The notes under the pieces are model-generated. The model was not told the DNA's origin, did no database searches, and was given only the letters and a program-made list of their open reading frames with translations. The position numbers and the translations under genes were made by a program. DNA of 64,000 bases from Deltaproteobacteria bacterium. Its GTDB lineage: Bacteria > Desulfobacterota > Deferrimicrobia > Deferrimicrobiales > Deferrimicrobiaceae. This document shows, in pieces, positions 18,806 to 28,009 of this stretch. The DNA is taken from NCBI GenBank assembly GCA_016219515.1, contig JACRMU010000140.1, forward strand, positions 12,279 through 76,278, read 5' to 3'. How positions within the stretch are numbered: the stretch's first letter is position 1; each line of letters starts with the position of its first letter.

Positions 18806-20017
18806 TTATACCACTGCGGCCGGAGGCGACGAGGTTGCGGAAGCCGTATCGTTCTGCGCCGGGCCGAGGGAGTTTTCCGGCCCGTCGCCTTCGCTCTCCG
18901 CGAGCACAAGCGTTTCCATGAAGTTGTCGAAAAGCGCCGGCTCGAATTCCGTTCCCCTTCCGTCCTTCATGATCCCCATGGCCGTTTCGACGTCCAGGCT
19001 CCGCCGGTAGGGCCGGTTCGTGCGCAGGGCATCGTAGACATCGGCGATCTGCGTCATGTAGGAGGCGACGTTGAGGGGACCTCCGTACGAAACCTTCGGA
19101 TACCCCGTGGAATTGTATTTGATGTGGTGTTCGAAACAGACGATCATCGGGAGTTCCGAGCCGCAATCGATCTTCCTCAAGAGGGTGGCGCCGAAGATGG
19201 GGTGCTCGGTGATCCGCTGGAATTCCTCCGCGCTGATTTTGCCCGGTTTCTGGAGGATCTCCTGCGGGATCATTTCCTTCCCCACATCGTGAAGCATTGC
19301 CGCAAGGCCGATCTCGTGGACCGTCTTGTCGGGGACGCCCATGCGCATGGCCTGGGCCAACACCATTGCGCAGACGTTCAGGGAATGGGTCACGGTGTAG
19401 TCGTCGTGGGATTGAAGGCGCAGCAGCCGGGAGATGAGGAAATCGTCCTGGTGGAGCCCTTTCATCACGTTCGCCACGATGTCCCTTCCGTCCTGGACGG
19501 AAGTCCCTCCCTTGCCCTTGATGAGGGAGGACAGAACGTCCTTGAGGACGTTGGTCGCGCCGAACAGGATATGGTTCCGCGGCAGGGAATGTGCGAGGCC
19601 CGAAAGCTCCGCCGACCCTTCGAACGTCTGTATGGTTCCGTAGGAGATGCACTCCCATTTCAGATCCTGTGGCGGTTCCTTGCCGCCGGAGAGAAACAGG
19701 ATGAACTGCTTGAGCTCCCCGTAGGTCAACCCGTCCCGGATGGAGATCTTCTCGATCCCCCGGTCGTGGAGCTCGCGGAGGAGCTTCTTGGGGAACGCTT
19801 TGTCCATGTCGAGGTAGGGGGTGTCGTCGACGATGAATTGGTCTCCGATGATGCCGATATGGAGCGTTCCGAGGACCGCGGTCATACGGAGGATCCGGGC
19901 ATGCAGCCGCGACAGCGGGACCTGGAACCGCTTGTGGTGATCGGGATAGATTTGAGCGGCCTGAAGGCATTGCGCGAGATTCAGGATCACGCGGAAGAGG
20001 TAGTCCTGCTCGATCAT
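18806..20017 (-). CDS. HD-GYP domain c-di-GMP phosphodiesterase-family protein, 403 aa
   Basis: Real start ATG 20017 (MIEQDYLFRVILNL...); the listed ORF start 20371 is read-through. HD motif (MLHDVGKEM) and GYP motif (NSTGYPKV) present. N-terminal about 150-aa domain of unknown type. ATGA overlap with the upstream HEAT gene. Confidence 0.75.
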   Translation of the reverse strand: MIEQDYLFRVILNLAQCLQAAQIYPDHHKRFQVPLSRLHARILRMTAVLGTLHIGIIGDQFIVDDTPYLDMDKAFPKKLLRELHDRGIEKISIRDGLTYGELKQFILFLSGGKEPPQDLKWECISYGTIQTFEGSAELSGLAHSLPRNHILFGATNVLKDVLSSLIKGKGGTSVQDGRDIVANVMKGLHQDDFLISRLLRLQSHDDYTVTHSLNVCAMVLAQAMRMGVPDKTVHEIGLAAMLHDVGKEMIPQEILQKPGKISAEEFQRITEHPIFGATLLRKIDCGSELPMIVCFEHHIKYNSTGYPKVSYGGPLNVASYMTQIADVYDALRTNRPYRRSLDVETAMGIMKDGRGTEFEPALFDNFMETLVLAESEGDGPENSLGPAQNDTASATSSPPAAVV

Positions 20018-22044
20018 CCTGTCGCTCCCTGGCTGGACCGCAACTGCTTGCAGTACTCCCGGACGGGCACCCGGATGGAACGGCTCCCGCGGTGCAGGTA
20101 AGCGGAGGCCTCCGTTCCTCCGATCATGAAAAGCGCGTTGGCGGCCGCGATGCGGACGGAGTCGTCTTCCGCGGACGAAAACAGGTTTCCCTCCAGAAGG
20201 ATTTTCCCTATCGGCGGCACGACTTCGGGGATGCGCAGCTTGCCGAGAGCGACGATCGCCTCGCGCCGGACCCTGCGGTCGGCGTGGCGGGTGGCCCCCA
20301 GGAGTCCGGGCACGGCCTGCCGGTCGCGGATCTCTCCCATGATGTAGCAGATGTTGCGCACGAAGTACCATCTGGGATGAGCCAGCCGGTCCCTCAGGAA
20401 CGGCATGGCCGCCGGGCCGAGATGCACGGCCATCTTCAGCAGGATGCGGCGCCGGGACTGGCTGGTCTCGCTCAGAAGCCGGTCGAGAACGGGGAGCGTC
20501 GTCACCGCGGCGAACCGGGAAAGGAGGGACAGGATCGTGCCGGAAGTATCCGCCGCCGGATTTCCGGACAAATGGAAATCGATGAGATGGCCGAAATCCG
20601 TTTTCTGCAGGGCTTCCTGGATCGCCCGGCTCCGCTCCCGGGAAACCTTCTTCGATGCGTCGTCCATGCCGAAGAGGACTTCCTTGAGAAGGGGCAGTTC
20701 GTTCCTCGAGAGGAGGTTCGTCACGGTCAGGCGGATTTCCCCGAGGAGGTCGTAAAACACCTCCTCCTGGTCCGCCGAGCCGAGGATGTCCAGCAGGATG
20801 AGGACGGCTTTCCGGTAACGCTCCTCGGGAGCGAGCGTGGCGAGGAGGGGGGATTCGATCGGAACCGCAGGCGTCCCGGAACCGTTTCTGAATTCCTCCG
20901 AGGAGATGCGTTCGAGGAAACGCGCATGGTCCTTCGCCACGTATTTGTCGTCGGAGCGGGAGAGCAGCAGTTTTTCGACCGTCTCCCAGGTCTTGAGCGA
21001 ATAATAGTCCCGCGATTTTATGCTCTCCTTGACCCTTCCCGACAGCGAGGGCAGGAGCGAGTCGGACGCATCGCGCTTGACGGCGAGGGTCTCGAAGATT
21101 TTCCGGAAGCGCCCCGCGGTCTTCTCCTCCACGGAGAGGACCGTTCCCAGGAGGTTCAGGAATTCCTCGCCCGTGCAGTCGTCGGCGAGCGACTGGGCGA
21201 TGAAGAGGTCCAGGGGGGCTTCCTGGATCTTCGGCGCCTCTCCGGCGTTTTCGATCCCCGCTTCCAGGAACGCGAAGATATTCTTTCTCCGGTCCTCGGG
21301 GAGCCGCCCGAGTACTCCGCCAAGACGGTGAAACACCCTGCGAAGGACCTCCGGGGAGATGGTTTTATCCGCGTCCTCCCCCGCCGGATCCGTGGAGGGC
21401 CCCCCCACGCATTCGGAAGCATGGGCCCGCTGGATGACCACGGGAAGCAATTCCGGGAAATTTACGATCTCTTCGATGATTTTCCGTTCCGCTTCCTCGT
21501 CGTGGGTGAAATTCGACGTAAGAAGCGATTTCAGGAGGAAATCTTCCCGCCCGGGGGCCTTCACCTTGGCCCCGTCGCATTCGATGGTTTTTCGGGAGAG
21601 CAACTCCTTGTAATTATAAGCGTTTATCGAAATTCCGGTTACGCCGCCCCGGCGGAGATGCTCCTCGAACGGTTCGCATGGCTGCTCGCCGCTGTTCCGG
21701 TGGAGGAAATCGAAGAAGACCAACAGCTCGGGAAGGGGAACCTGCGGCCCGAAGGAGATCGTCGCCACTCCGAGCAGGTACAGGTGCTCGGTCAGGCTTC
21801 GGATCAATTTATTTCCTTTTCCGAAAAATTCATTGAGATGGAGAAACTTGTCCCGGACGACTCCAAGGAGCAGGCGATTTTCCGGTTCCGCCGCGAGCCA
21901 GGCGGACAGGACGGAATGGAACTCGCGGATCCGGCATGCGGTGGTGGGATGGGCCGTGCCGTAAAGCACCGCCCAGTACTTGGTCCTTGCCGCCGTCAGC
22001 AGCAGTTTTTCAATTGTCGGTTTGGTCTCTTCCCCGCCGGACAT
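20014..22044 (-). CDS. Hypothetical protein with C-terminal HEAT/PBS-lyase-type repeats, 676 aa
   Basis: ATG 22044. Largely alpha-helical and Leu-rich. C-terminal repeats (HPRWYFVRNICYIMGEIRD..., RRVRREAIVALGKLR..., DDSVRIAAANALFMIGGTEA) match HEAT-like repeats. Translationally coupled to the HD-GYP gene. Confidence 0.55.
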   Translation of the reverse strand: MSGGEETKPTIEKLLLTAARTKYWAVLYGTAHPTTACRIREFHSVLSAWLAAEPENRLLLGVVRDKFLHLNEFFGKGNKLIRSLTEHLYLLGVATISFGPQVPLPELLVFFDFLHRNSGEQPCEPFEEHLRRGGVTGISINAYNYKELLSRKTIECDGAKVKAPGREDFLLKSLLTSNFTHDEEAERKIIEEIVNFPELLPVVIQRAHASECVGGPSTDPAGEDADKTISPEVLRRVFHRLGGVLGRLPEDRRKNIFAFLEAGIENAGEAPKIQEAPLDLFIAQSLADDCTGEEFLNLLGTVLSVEEKTAGRFRKIFETLAVKRDASDSLLPSLSGRVKESIKSRDYYSLKTWETVEKLLLSRSDDKYVAKDHARFLERISSEEFRNGSGTPAVPIESPLLATLAPEERYRKAVLILLDILGSADQEEVFYDLLGEIRLTVTNLLSRNELPLLKEVLFGMDDASKKVSRERSRAIQEALQKTDFGHLIDFHLSGNPAADTSGTILSLLSRFAAVTTLPVLDRLLSETSQSRRRILLKMAVHLGPAAMPFLRDRLAHPRWYFVRNICYIMGEIRDRQAVPGLLGATRHADRRVRREAIVALGKLRIPEVVPPIGKILLEGNLFSSAEDDSVRIAAANALFMIGGTEASAYLHRGSRSIRVPVREYCKQLRSSQGATG

Positions 22045-22235
22045 TACCCCATATCTCCCGTAGCGGTACCTTCCCCCTGCCGAAGAGCTTTATCGGGTAT
22101 TTGCGGATATTTCTTTAGTTGGAACGCGCCGTTGGAATGTCCTTTTCCTCCCGTGCCGTGTTTTTTTGGCTAATAATGGCAAATAATATTAAATAATATC
22201 CGATATTCCTTTTAACTCCATTTGCAACGAAGGGC

Positions 22236-24737
22236 ATGCCGTTACGGAGATTGCGGGCGCCAAGGAGCTTTGTGAATAAAGAGCCGAACGGAAAGAAGAA
22301 CTTCCCATCGTTGATCCTGGAAAGTATCTCTCCGCGCCACTGGTTGGTTCTTATTGCCCTGGTCGTCTGCCTCATGGCGTTGGGGTACTGGTATCGCGCC
22401 GGCGCCGCCGGCGTCATCATCGTACTTTTCATCCTGCCCGTAGGCACGGTTGCGGCCTGTGCCTTCCGGACGCTCCGGGAATCGGAGCGCAGGGAGGCGG
22501 AAGAGAAGCTCCGGGGTTCCCGGTATCTCCTGCAAACCCTGGTGGAAGGGACATCGGACGCGATTTACGTAAAGGACCCGGAAGGACGGTACCTCCTCTT
22601 TAACACGGCTGCCTCGCGTTTCACGGGGAAGAGCCCCGAAGCAGTCATCGGAAAAGACGACACGTTCTTGTTCCCCACCGAGGAGGCAAATGCGGTGATG
22701 GAGGGTGACCGGGCCGTCATGGATTCCGGGGAAACGAGGACCTACGAGGAACACGTCACCACCGCGGGGGGGGAAAAGGCCACGTTCCTCTCGACGAAAG
22801 GTCCCCTTTTCGATGAACACGGCAACACTACAGGACTCTTCGGCATCGCCCGCGACATCACGGACCGCAAGCGGGCGGAGGAGAACTATCGAACGCTCTT
22901 CCGCGAGATGCTGGACGGGTTCGCCCAGCATGAGATCCTCTGCGATGAGCAGGGCAGGGCGGTCGACTACCGGTTCCTGTCCGTCAACCCGGCATTCGAA
23001 CGGCTGACCGGATTGAAAGGGGAGGAGATCGTCGGCAGGACCGTCCTGGAAGTGCTCCCCGGGATCGAGCCATCCTGGATCGAGACGTACGGTCGCGTGG
23101 CCCTGACCGGCGAGCCGGCGTTCTTCGAGAATTACTCCGGGAATCTGGACAGGCATTACGTGGTGACGGCTTTCCGCCCCGCCCCCCGCCAGTTCGCATG
23201 CATCTTTTCCGACATCACCGACCGGAAACGTGCGGAAGACCGCATCCGCAGTGAGACCTCCTTGCGCAACGTGCTGCTGGACAATATGCCTTGCATCGCG
23301 CTGGTCCTGAAAAAACAGACCCGCGAGATCGTCGCATGCAACGAAATCGCAAAAAGTTTCGGCGCGGTCGTCGGGAAGACCTGTCATGGTTCCATCCCTC
23401 GTCAAGACCCGCCCTGCCCGTTCTGCCGGGCTCCCGATCTATGGGATACGGGCACTAATCAGCAAATCGAAGTGGAGCACCTGGGAAAATTCTGGCAAGG
23501 GTTTTGGGTTCCGTTTTCCGACGACCTTTACGTGCATTACATTTTCGACGTCACCGACCGCAGGCGGGCGGAGGATGAGAAGGAGATACTGCGGGCCCAG
23601 CTGCAGCAGGCGATGAAGATGGAGGCGGTGGGACGGCTGGCGGGAGGCGTAGCCCACGACTTCAACAACCTGCTGACGGCCATCATCGGCAACGTTTCCC
23701 TGGCCTCGATGAAGGTTCCCCCATCCGATAAGGTGACGGACTTGCTCGCCGAGGCGAAAAAAGCCGCCGAAAGGGCTGCGAGACTGACCCAACAGCTGCT
23801 CGCCTTTTCCCGAAAGCAGATCATCGAGCCGAAGGTGCTGGACTTGAACGACCTGGTCGCCGACCTGGAGCCGATGCTCGCCCGCCTGATCGGGGAGAAT
23901 ATCGAATTGCACACCGTCCCCGGCGGCGGACTGGGACCGGTGAAAGTCGACCCCGGCCAGTTCGAGCAGATATTGGTCAATATGGCGGTGAACGCCCGCG
24001 ACGCGATGCCGGACGGCGGGAAGCTCCTGATCGAGACCGCGAACGTGGAACTGGACGACGGCTACTGCGCCCGTCATCCCGGCGCACAGCCCGGACGGTT
24101 CGTAATGCTTGCCGTGAGCGACACGGGGCACGGGATGAGCGAGGAGGTCAAGAAGCATATTTTCGAGCCGTTCTTCACCACGAAGCCCAAGGGAAGCGGA
24201 ACGGGGCTCGGCCTTTCGATGATTTACGGGACGGTGCTGCAGGCGGGCGGCTCCATCGAGGTGGATTCGGAGGAAGGAAGGGGGACGGCGTTCAAGATCC
24301 ACCTTCCGAGGGCGGAGGGAGAAGCGACGAGGCCCGCGAAGGACAACGGGCCGCCGGATCTGCCGGGAGGTTCCGAGGCGATATTGCTCGTGGAGGACGA
24401 GGATGTCGTGCGGGACTTGTGCGTCAAGCTTCTCGATCGGTTGGGATACCGGGTGATTCAGGCCTCCAGCGGAGAAGAAGCGGTTCTCCTCGCCGGCAAT
24501 TGTGGAGAGCGTGTCGACCTGCTGATGACGGACGTGGTTCTGCCGGGGATGAACGGACGGGAGCTGGCGGACCGGCTGGTCTCGCTCCATCCGGAGACGA
24601 AGGTGCTTTTCACGTCGGGATACACGGACGATGCGATCGTGCGTCACGGGGTATTGCACGACGACGTGGCCTTCATCGGCAAACCCTATTCTCTTCCCGT
24701 GTTGTCGAAGAAGATCCGGCAGGTTCTCGACCGGTAG
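22236..24737 (+). CDS. Hybrid sensor histidine kinase/response regulator: 2 TM, multiple PAS, HisKA, HATPase_c, C-terminal receiver; 833 aa
   Basis: TM segments ([22 protein letters not shown]..., [17 protein letters not shown]). PAS repeats with DITDRKRAE linkers. H-box [22 protein letters not shown]-boxes [14 protein letters not shown], receiver [12 protein letters not shown]...[13 protein letters not shown]. Confidence 0.8.
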   Translation: MPLRRLRAPRSFVNKEPNGKKNFPSLILESISPRHWLVLIALVVCLMALGYWYRAGAAGVIIVLFILPVGTVAACAFRTLRESERREAEEKLRGSRYLLQTLVEGTSDAIYVKDPEGRYLLFNTAASRFTGKSPEAVIGKDDTFLFPTEEANAVMEGDRAVMDSGETRTYEEHVTTAGGEKATFLSTKGPLFDEHGNTTGLFGIARDITDRKRAEENYRTLFREMLDGFAQHEILCDEQGRAVDYRFLSVNPAFERLTGLKGEEIVGRTVLEVLPGIEPSWIETYGRVALTGEPAFFENYSGNLDRHYVVTAFRPAPRQFACIFSDITDRKRAEDRIRSETSLRNVLLDNMPCIALVLKKQTREIVACNEIAKSFGAVVGKTCHGSIPRQDPPCPFCRAPDLWDTGTNQQIEVEHLGKFWQGFWVPFSDDLYVHYIFDVTDRRRAEDEKEILRAQLQQAMKMEAVGRLAGGVAHDFNNLLTAIIGNVSLASMKVPPSDKVTDLLAEAKKAAERAARLTQQLLAFSRKQIIEPKVLDLNDLVADLEPMLARLIGENIELHTVPGGGLGPVKVDPGQFEQILVNMAVNARDAMPDGGKLLIETANVELDDGYCARHPGAQPGRFVMLAVSDTGHGMSEEVKKHIFEPFFTTKPKGSGTGLGLSMIYGTVLQAGGSIEVDSEEGRGTAFKIHLPRAEGEATRPAKDNGPPDLPGGSEAILLVEDEDVVRDLCVKLLDRLGYRVIQASSGEEAVLLAGNCGERVDLLMTDVVLPGMNGRELADRLVSLHPETKVLFTSGYTDDAIVRHGVLHDDVAFIGKPYSLPVLSKKIRQVLDR

Positions 24738-24771
24738 AGGCCGGGGCCGGGAGGTTGTCTTCAGATTGCCT

Positions 24772-25311
24772 TCAAAACCCTCCGGCGATGGTCAAGAGGA
24801 GATCCTGCTGCCCGGGGTTATTCCGGTAGATTTTTGCGTTCGAGATGTGGGCGACCGAGACTCCGGCCTGCCACCGGTCGTCAAACCGGTAGGCGATCTC
24901 CAGGGATTCCCGGAACTCGAAGGGGCCGCCCAGGTCGAGACTGCCTCCCCGGTGGTACACGCCTGCGGCGAAGAGCGGCGTCAGGACGAATCTCTTGTAA
25001 CAGAAGTCGGCGTAGATCCCTGCGTAGCCGTAGCGGAACCCTTCGCCGTTTGCAAAGACGCCGAGAGCCGGTCCGACAAAGGCGAGCTTCTTCCCGAACC
25101 TCAGCTCGATCCGCTCGGCAATCGACCGCTTATCGGCCTTGTTGTAGAAGTTGAACAGGCCGGCCCCGGCGTCGAGGTAGTTCGGGCCGCTGCCGAGAAC
25201 GTCGAAGGGGCCGATCGTTGCATACACGGGTTTCCCTTCCGCCGCCCACGAATGGCACGCCGCTCCCAGAAGCAGCGCCGCCGCAAACGATGCAGACAAG
25301 AAGTTCCTCAT
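24772..25311 (-). CDS. Outer-membrane beta-barrel acyloxyacyl hydrolase family protein (lipid A 3-O-deacylase PagL-like), 179 aa
   Basis: Signal peptide (MRNFLSASFAAALLLGAACHSWA), small 8-strand-barrel size, alternating aromatic pattern and HISNA motif (His/Ser as in PagL). Assignment by motif only. Confidence 0.5.
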   Translation of the reverse strand: MRNFLSASFAAALLLGAACHSWAAEGKPVYATIGPFDVLGSGPNYLDAGAGLFNFYNKADKRSIAERIELRFGKKLAFVGPALGVFANGEGFRYGYAGIYADFCYKRFVLTPLFAAGVYHRGGSLDLGGPFEFRESLEIAYRFDDRWQAGVSVAHISNAKIYRNNPGQQDLLLTIAGGF

Positions 25312-25486
25312 GCAGTTCCCTCTCTTATCGGATGAAGATGAAACGTGCGGCGGTTCTTCGCAATCTACAGAACTTTCCCGGATGGTGGAAGGGAAAACCG
25401 AATGGACCGCAAACCCTGCGCAAACAGCTGCCTTTGCGGGGATGAGAGTGGGGTTTCGCGCCGATCGTCTGCCCCCGCAGATCGAG

Positions 25487-25515
25487 TTGACGGGGGAAAC
25501 CCCTTGCAGTAAGAT
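25487..25515 (+). promoter_or_regulatory. Sigma-70-type promoter for tRNA-Arg (TTGACG-N17-TAAGAT)
   Basis: -35 TTGACG (25487-25492) and -10 TAAGAT (25510-25515) with 17-nt spacer, ending 16 nt before the tRNA 5' end. Confidence 0.5.
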
Positions 25516-25531
25516 GACTTCCCTCTCGGAC

Positions 25532-25608
25532 GCGCCCTTAGCTCAGCTGGATAGAGCACTTGACTACGAATCAAGTGGCCAGAGGTTCGAATCCTCTAGG
25601 GCGCGCCA
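25532..25608 (+). tRNA. tRNA-Arg (anticodon ACG) with encoded CCA
   Basis: Cloverleaf: acceptor GCGCCCT/AGGGCGC, D-arm GCTCAGCTGGATAGAGC, anticodon stem CTTGA/TCAAG with loop CTACGAA (anticodon ACG), T-arm AGAGGTTCGAATCCTCT, discriminator G + CCA. Confidence 0.85.
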
Positions 25609-25634
25609 TGTTTATGCAGCCGAACCGGCGTTCA

Positions 25635-25678
25635 CCCCTCCCGGAAAAGCGGAGGGGTTTCAGGGCCCCGGTTTTTTT
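25635..25678 (+). terminator. Probable rho-independent terminator after tRNA-Arg: hairpin cccctcc-(9)-ggagggg, then GC-rich segment and T7 run
   Basis: Perfect 7-bp stem 25635-25641/25651-25657. Run of seven T at 25672-25678 directly before the PadR promoter. Confidence 0.4.
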
Positions 25679-25679
25679 C

Positions 25680-25726
25680 TTGACAAACATATATCGTAAC
25701 GATATATATCGTTCAAACATATATCG
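25680..25726 (+). promoter_or_regulatory. PadR promoter with overlapping operator: TTGACA -35, TATATA -10, and three copies (direct/inverted) of AACATATATCG
   Basis: TTGACA 25680-25685. Repeats at 25686-25697, 25700-25713 (inverted) and 25715-25726. -10-like TATATA at 25703-25708. Lies 12 nt upstream of the PadR start. Confidence 0.5.
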
Positions 25727-25738
25727 GAGCGTGAATCC

Positions 25739-26257
25739 ATGGACGCGCGATCCATCCTGTTGGGCTTCCTCATGAACCGCAGCATGACCGGATATGAACT
25801 GAAAAAAGCGTTTTCGATATCCTTCTCCTTCTTCTCGGGGTTGAGCTACGGCTCCATTTACCCCGCCCTCGGGAAAATGGAGAAGGAAGGCCTGATCCGC
25901 ATGCAGGCGGAAATGCGCAAGAGCGGGCCGAACCGGAAGATCTGCACGATCACCGCCGAAGGCAGAAAGGTCTTCCTGGAAACGCTCAAGGAGCCCTTTG
26001 CCTTCGAGGGAACGAAGAGCATTTTTCTGACCCGGCTCTTCTTCTTTGCCCATCTCGCGCCGGAAGAGCGTCGCTCCTCCGCGCACAGGTATTTCGAGTC
26101 GGTCCGGCAGGTGGAGAAAACGTTGCAGCGGGCGAGGCCGGAAATCGAGGCGAAGGCGGACCGCTTCCAGTTGCTGTGCTACCGGTTCGGCCTCCGTTTT
26201 TTCGAGGATCTCTCGCGGAATATCGCGCAGACCGTCAAGGCCCTCGAAAAGGAGTAG
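25739..26257 (+). CDS. PadR family transcriptional regulator, 172 aa
   Basis: Winged-helix N-terminus LLGFLMNRSMTGYELKKAF...GSIYPALGKMEKEGLI is the PadR signature. Confidence 0.8.
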   Translation: MDARSILLGFLMNRSMTGYELKKAFSISFSFFSGLSYGSIYPALGKMEKEGLIRMQAEMRKSGPNRKICTITAEGRKVFLETLKEPFAFEGTKSIFLTRLFFFAHLAPEERRSSAHRYFESVRQVEKTLQRARPEIEAKADRFQLLCYRFGLRFFEDLSRNIAQTVKALEKE

Positions 26258-26267
26258 TTCTTTCGCC

Positions 26268-26885
26268 ATGAAGAAACGGGTTCCCCTCCGGCAGCTGTTC
26301 CTCTTTGCCGCACCCTTTCCGCCCCTTGCGTTTTTCAAAATCTGGGCGGCGACGGGACACCCGCGGGAATCGCTTCTTGCCGCGGCGCTCTCGATGCTCG
26401 TTTACTGCATCGCCGTAATCTTCCTTGCCCGCCGGTGGGACCGGCCGACGTACTTCGACTGGACGGTCGGCGCCTACTTCGGCATCGTGACCGTTTCCCT
26501 GGTCCTCTTTCCCGGGTCCGCGGCCGCCTTCTTCGAACGGTTCGCCGTGACGGGCATCTACGCCTGCCTCTTCGGAGCGGCCTTCTTCCCCCCGCTCTTT
26601 CGGAAAGCGGCTTTTACCGAGCACTACGCCAGGAAATCCGCGCCGGAAGCCGTGTGGGGCAATCCGATCTTCCTCCGGATCAACCGGATCATGTCGTTTG
26701 CATGGGCGGCCGTTTTCGGCGTTTCCATGCTCCTCAGTCTCTATCCCTCCGTTCTGACGCGGGCGCTCCTTCCTCTTGCGCTGATTTTAGGGTTCGGGAT
26801 TCCGTTCAACCTTCGATTTCCCGATCGTTATCTCAAAAAACTCGGCCTGCCCTCCCTCGCCGAGCAGAAGAAGGCGGCGTCGTGA
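26268..26885 (+). CDS. Hypothetical integral membrane protein (about 6 TM), 205 aa
   Basis: ATG 26268 (MKKRVPLRQLFLFAAPFPPLAFFKIW...). Hydrophobic segments throughout. 10 nt after the PadR stop, likely the PadR-regulated partner. The listed ORF 26046.. is read-through. Confidence 0.55.
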   Translation: MKKRVPLRQLFLFAAPFPPLAFFKIWAATGHPRESLLAAALSMLVYCIAVIFLARRWDRPTYFDWTVGAYFGIVTVSLVLFPGSAAAFFERFAVTGIYACLFGAAFFPPLFRKAAFTEHYARKSAPEAVWGNPIFLRINRIMSFAWAAVFGVSMLLSLYPSVLTRALLPLALILGFGIPFNLRFPDRYLKKLGLPSLAEQKKAAS

Positions 26886-26905
26886 CGGTCCGAAAGGAGA
26901 AGGCC

Positions 26906-27979
26906 ATGAAGGTACTCGCACTGAATTCAAGCCCCCGAACGGGGAACAAGAGCAAGACCGAACTTCTGCTGAACCACCTGGTGCGGGGAATGCGCGAGGC
27001 CGGCGCGGATGTGGAGGAGGTGGAGCTTCGAAAGAAGAGCATCAGGAGCTGCATCGGCTGCTTCACTTGCTGGACGAAGACGCCGGGAGTTTGCATCCAC
27101 AAGGACGACATGACCCGGGAGCTGTTCCCCAAGTGGAAGGAGGCGGACCTCGTGGTGTATGCCACCCCCCTGTACCACTTCACGGCGAATGCCTCGATGA
27201 AGGCCTTCATCGAGCGCACGCTCCCCGCGCTTCAACCGTTCTTCAAGGAGCGGGATGGGAAAACCAGCCACCCGGCCAGGTTCCGGCATCCGAAGGTCGT
27301 CGTCCTCTCCGTCGCCGGCTTCCCGGAGATGTCGGTCTTCGACCAGTTGTCTTCATGGGCGAACTTCGTTTTCGGGCGATCCGGCGCGCTCGTCGCCGAG
27401 ATCTATCGGCCCATGGCGGAATCGATGACGACCCCGTTTCACCGGGCGAAGGCCGAAGAAGCCCTGCAGGCCACGGTACAGGCGGGGCGGGAGATCGTCG
27501 AGACGATGCGGGTCTCCGAGGAAACGCTGGCCCGTGTGACCCAGCCCCTTGTGAAGGACCCAAGGCCCTTTTTCGAAATCGCAAACCTCATGTGGAAGAC
27601 TTGCATCGCGGAAGGTGTGACCCCCGGAGAACTCGCGGAAAGGCGTCTGGTCCCCCGGCCGGACTCCCTCGAGTCCTTCATGGCGATCCTGTCGATGGGG
27701 TTCCGTCCGGAGGAAGCCGGCGACATGAGGGCCACCATTCAGTTCCGCTTCACCGGGGAGGTGGAAGGGGCCTGCCGCTTTCGAATCGAAAACAGCCGCA
27801 TCGAGGCAGCGGTGGGCGCGGAGGAGAGCCCCGATCTGGCCATCGAGGCCCCCTTCTCCCTGTGGATGGACATCCTTGCGGGGAAAGCGGACGGCCGGAG
27901 GATGTTCATGGAACAAAAGTACAAGGTCGCGGGCGACCTGTCCCTCCTTGCCGGGCTGAGCCGGCTTTTCGGAGGGTGA
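26906..27979 (+). CDS. Flavodoxin-like NAD(P)H-dependent FMN reductase / iron-sulfur flavoprotein (Isf)-like domain fused to C-terminal SCP2 sterol-carrier domain, 357 aa
   Basis: ATG 26906 (MKVLALNSSPRTGNKSKTE...). Compact Cys motif C-x2-C-x2-C-x7-C (SCIGCFTCWTKTPGVC) as in Isf-type flavoproteins. C-terminal ~100 aa (FSLWMDILAGKADGRRMFMEQKYKVAGDLSLLAGLSRLF) matches the SCP2 fold signature. Confidence 0.6.
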   Translation: MKVLALNSSPRTGNKSKTELLLNHLVRGMREAGADVEEVELRKKSIRSCIGCFTCWTKTPGVCIHKDDMTRELFPKWKEADLVVYATPLYHFTANASMKAFIERTLPALQPFFKERDGKTSHPARFRHPKVVVLSVAGFPEMSVFDQLSSWANFVFGRSGALVAEIYRPMAESMTTPFHRAKAEEALQATVQAGREIVETMRVSEETLARVTQPLVKDPRPFFEIANLMWKTCIAEGVTPGELAERRLVPRPDSLESFMAILSMGFRPEEAGDMRATIQFRFTGEVEGACRFRIENSRIEAAVGAEESPDLAIEAPFSLWMDILAGKADGRRMFMEQKYKVAGDLSLLAGLSRLFGG

Positions 27980-28009
27980 GCGATATTCCCGGGGTCGACC
28001 TGCCCCGCA

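Noticed and set aside
22150-22190. TGGCtaataaTGGCAaat sigma-54-like motif in the divergent HEAT/kinase intergenic region
   Set aside because: The GG...GC spacing is one nucleotide short of the -24/-12 consensus and the -12 TTGC is absent. Neither flanking gene is an obvious RpoN target.
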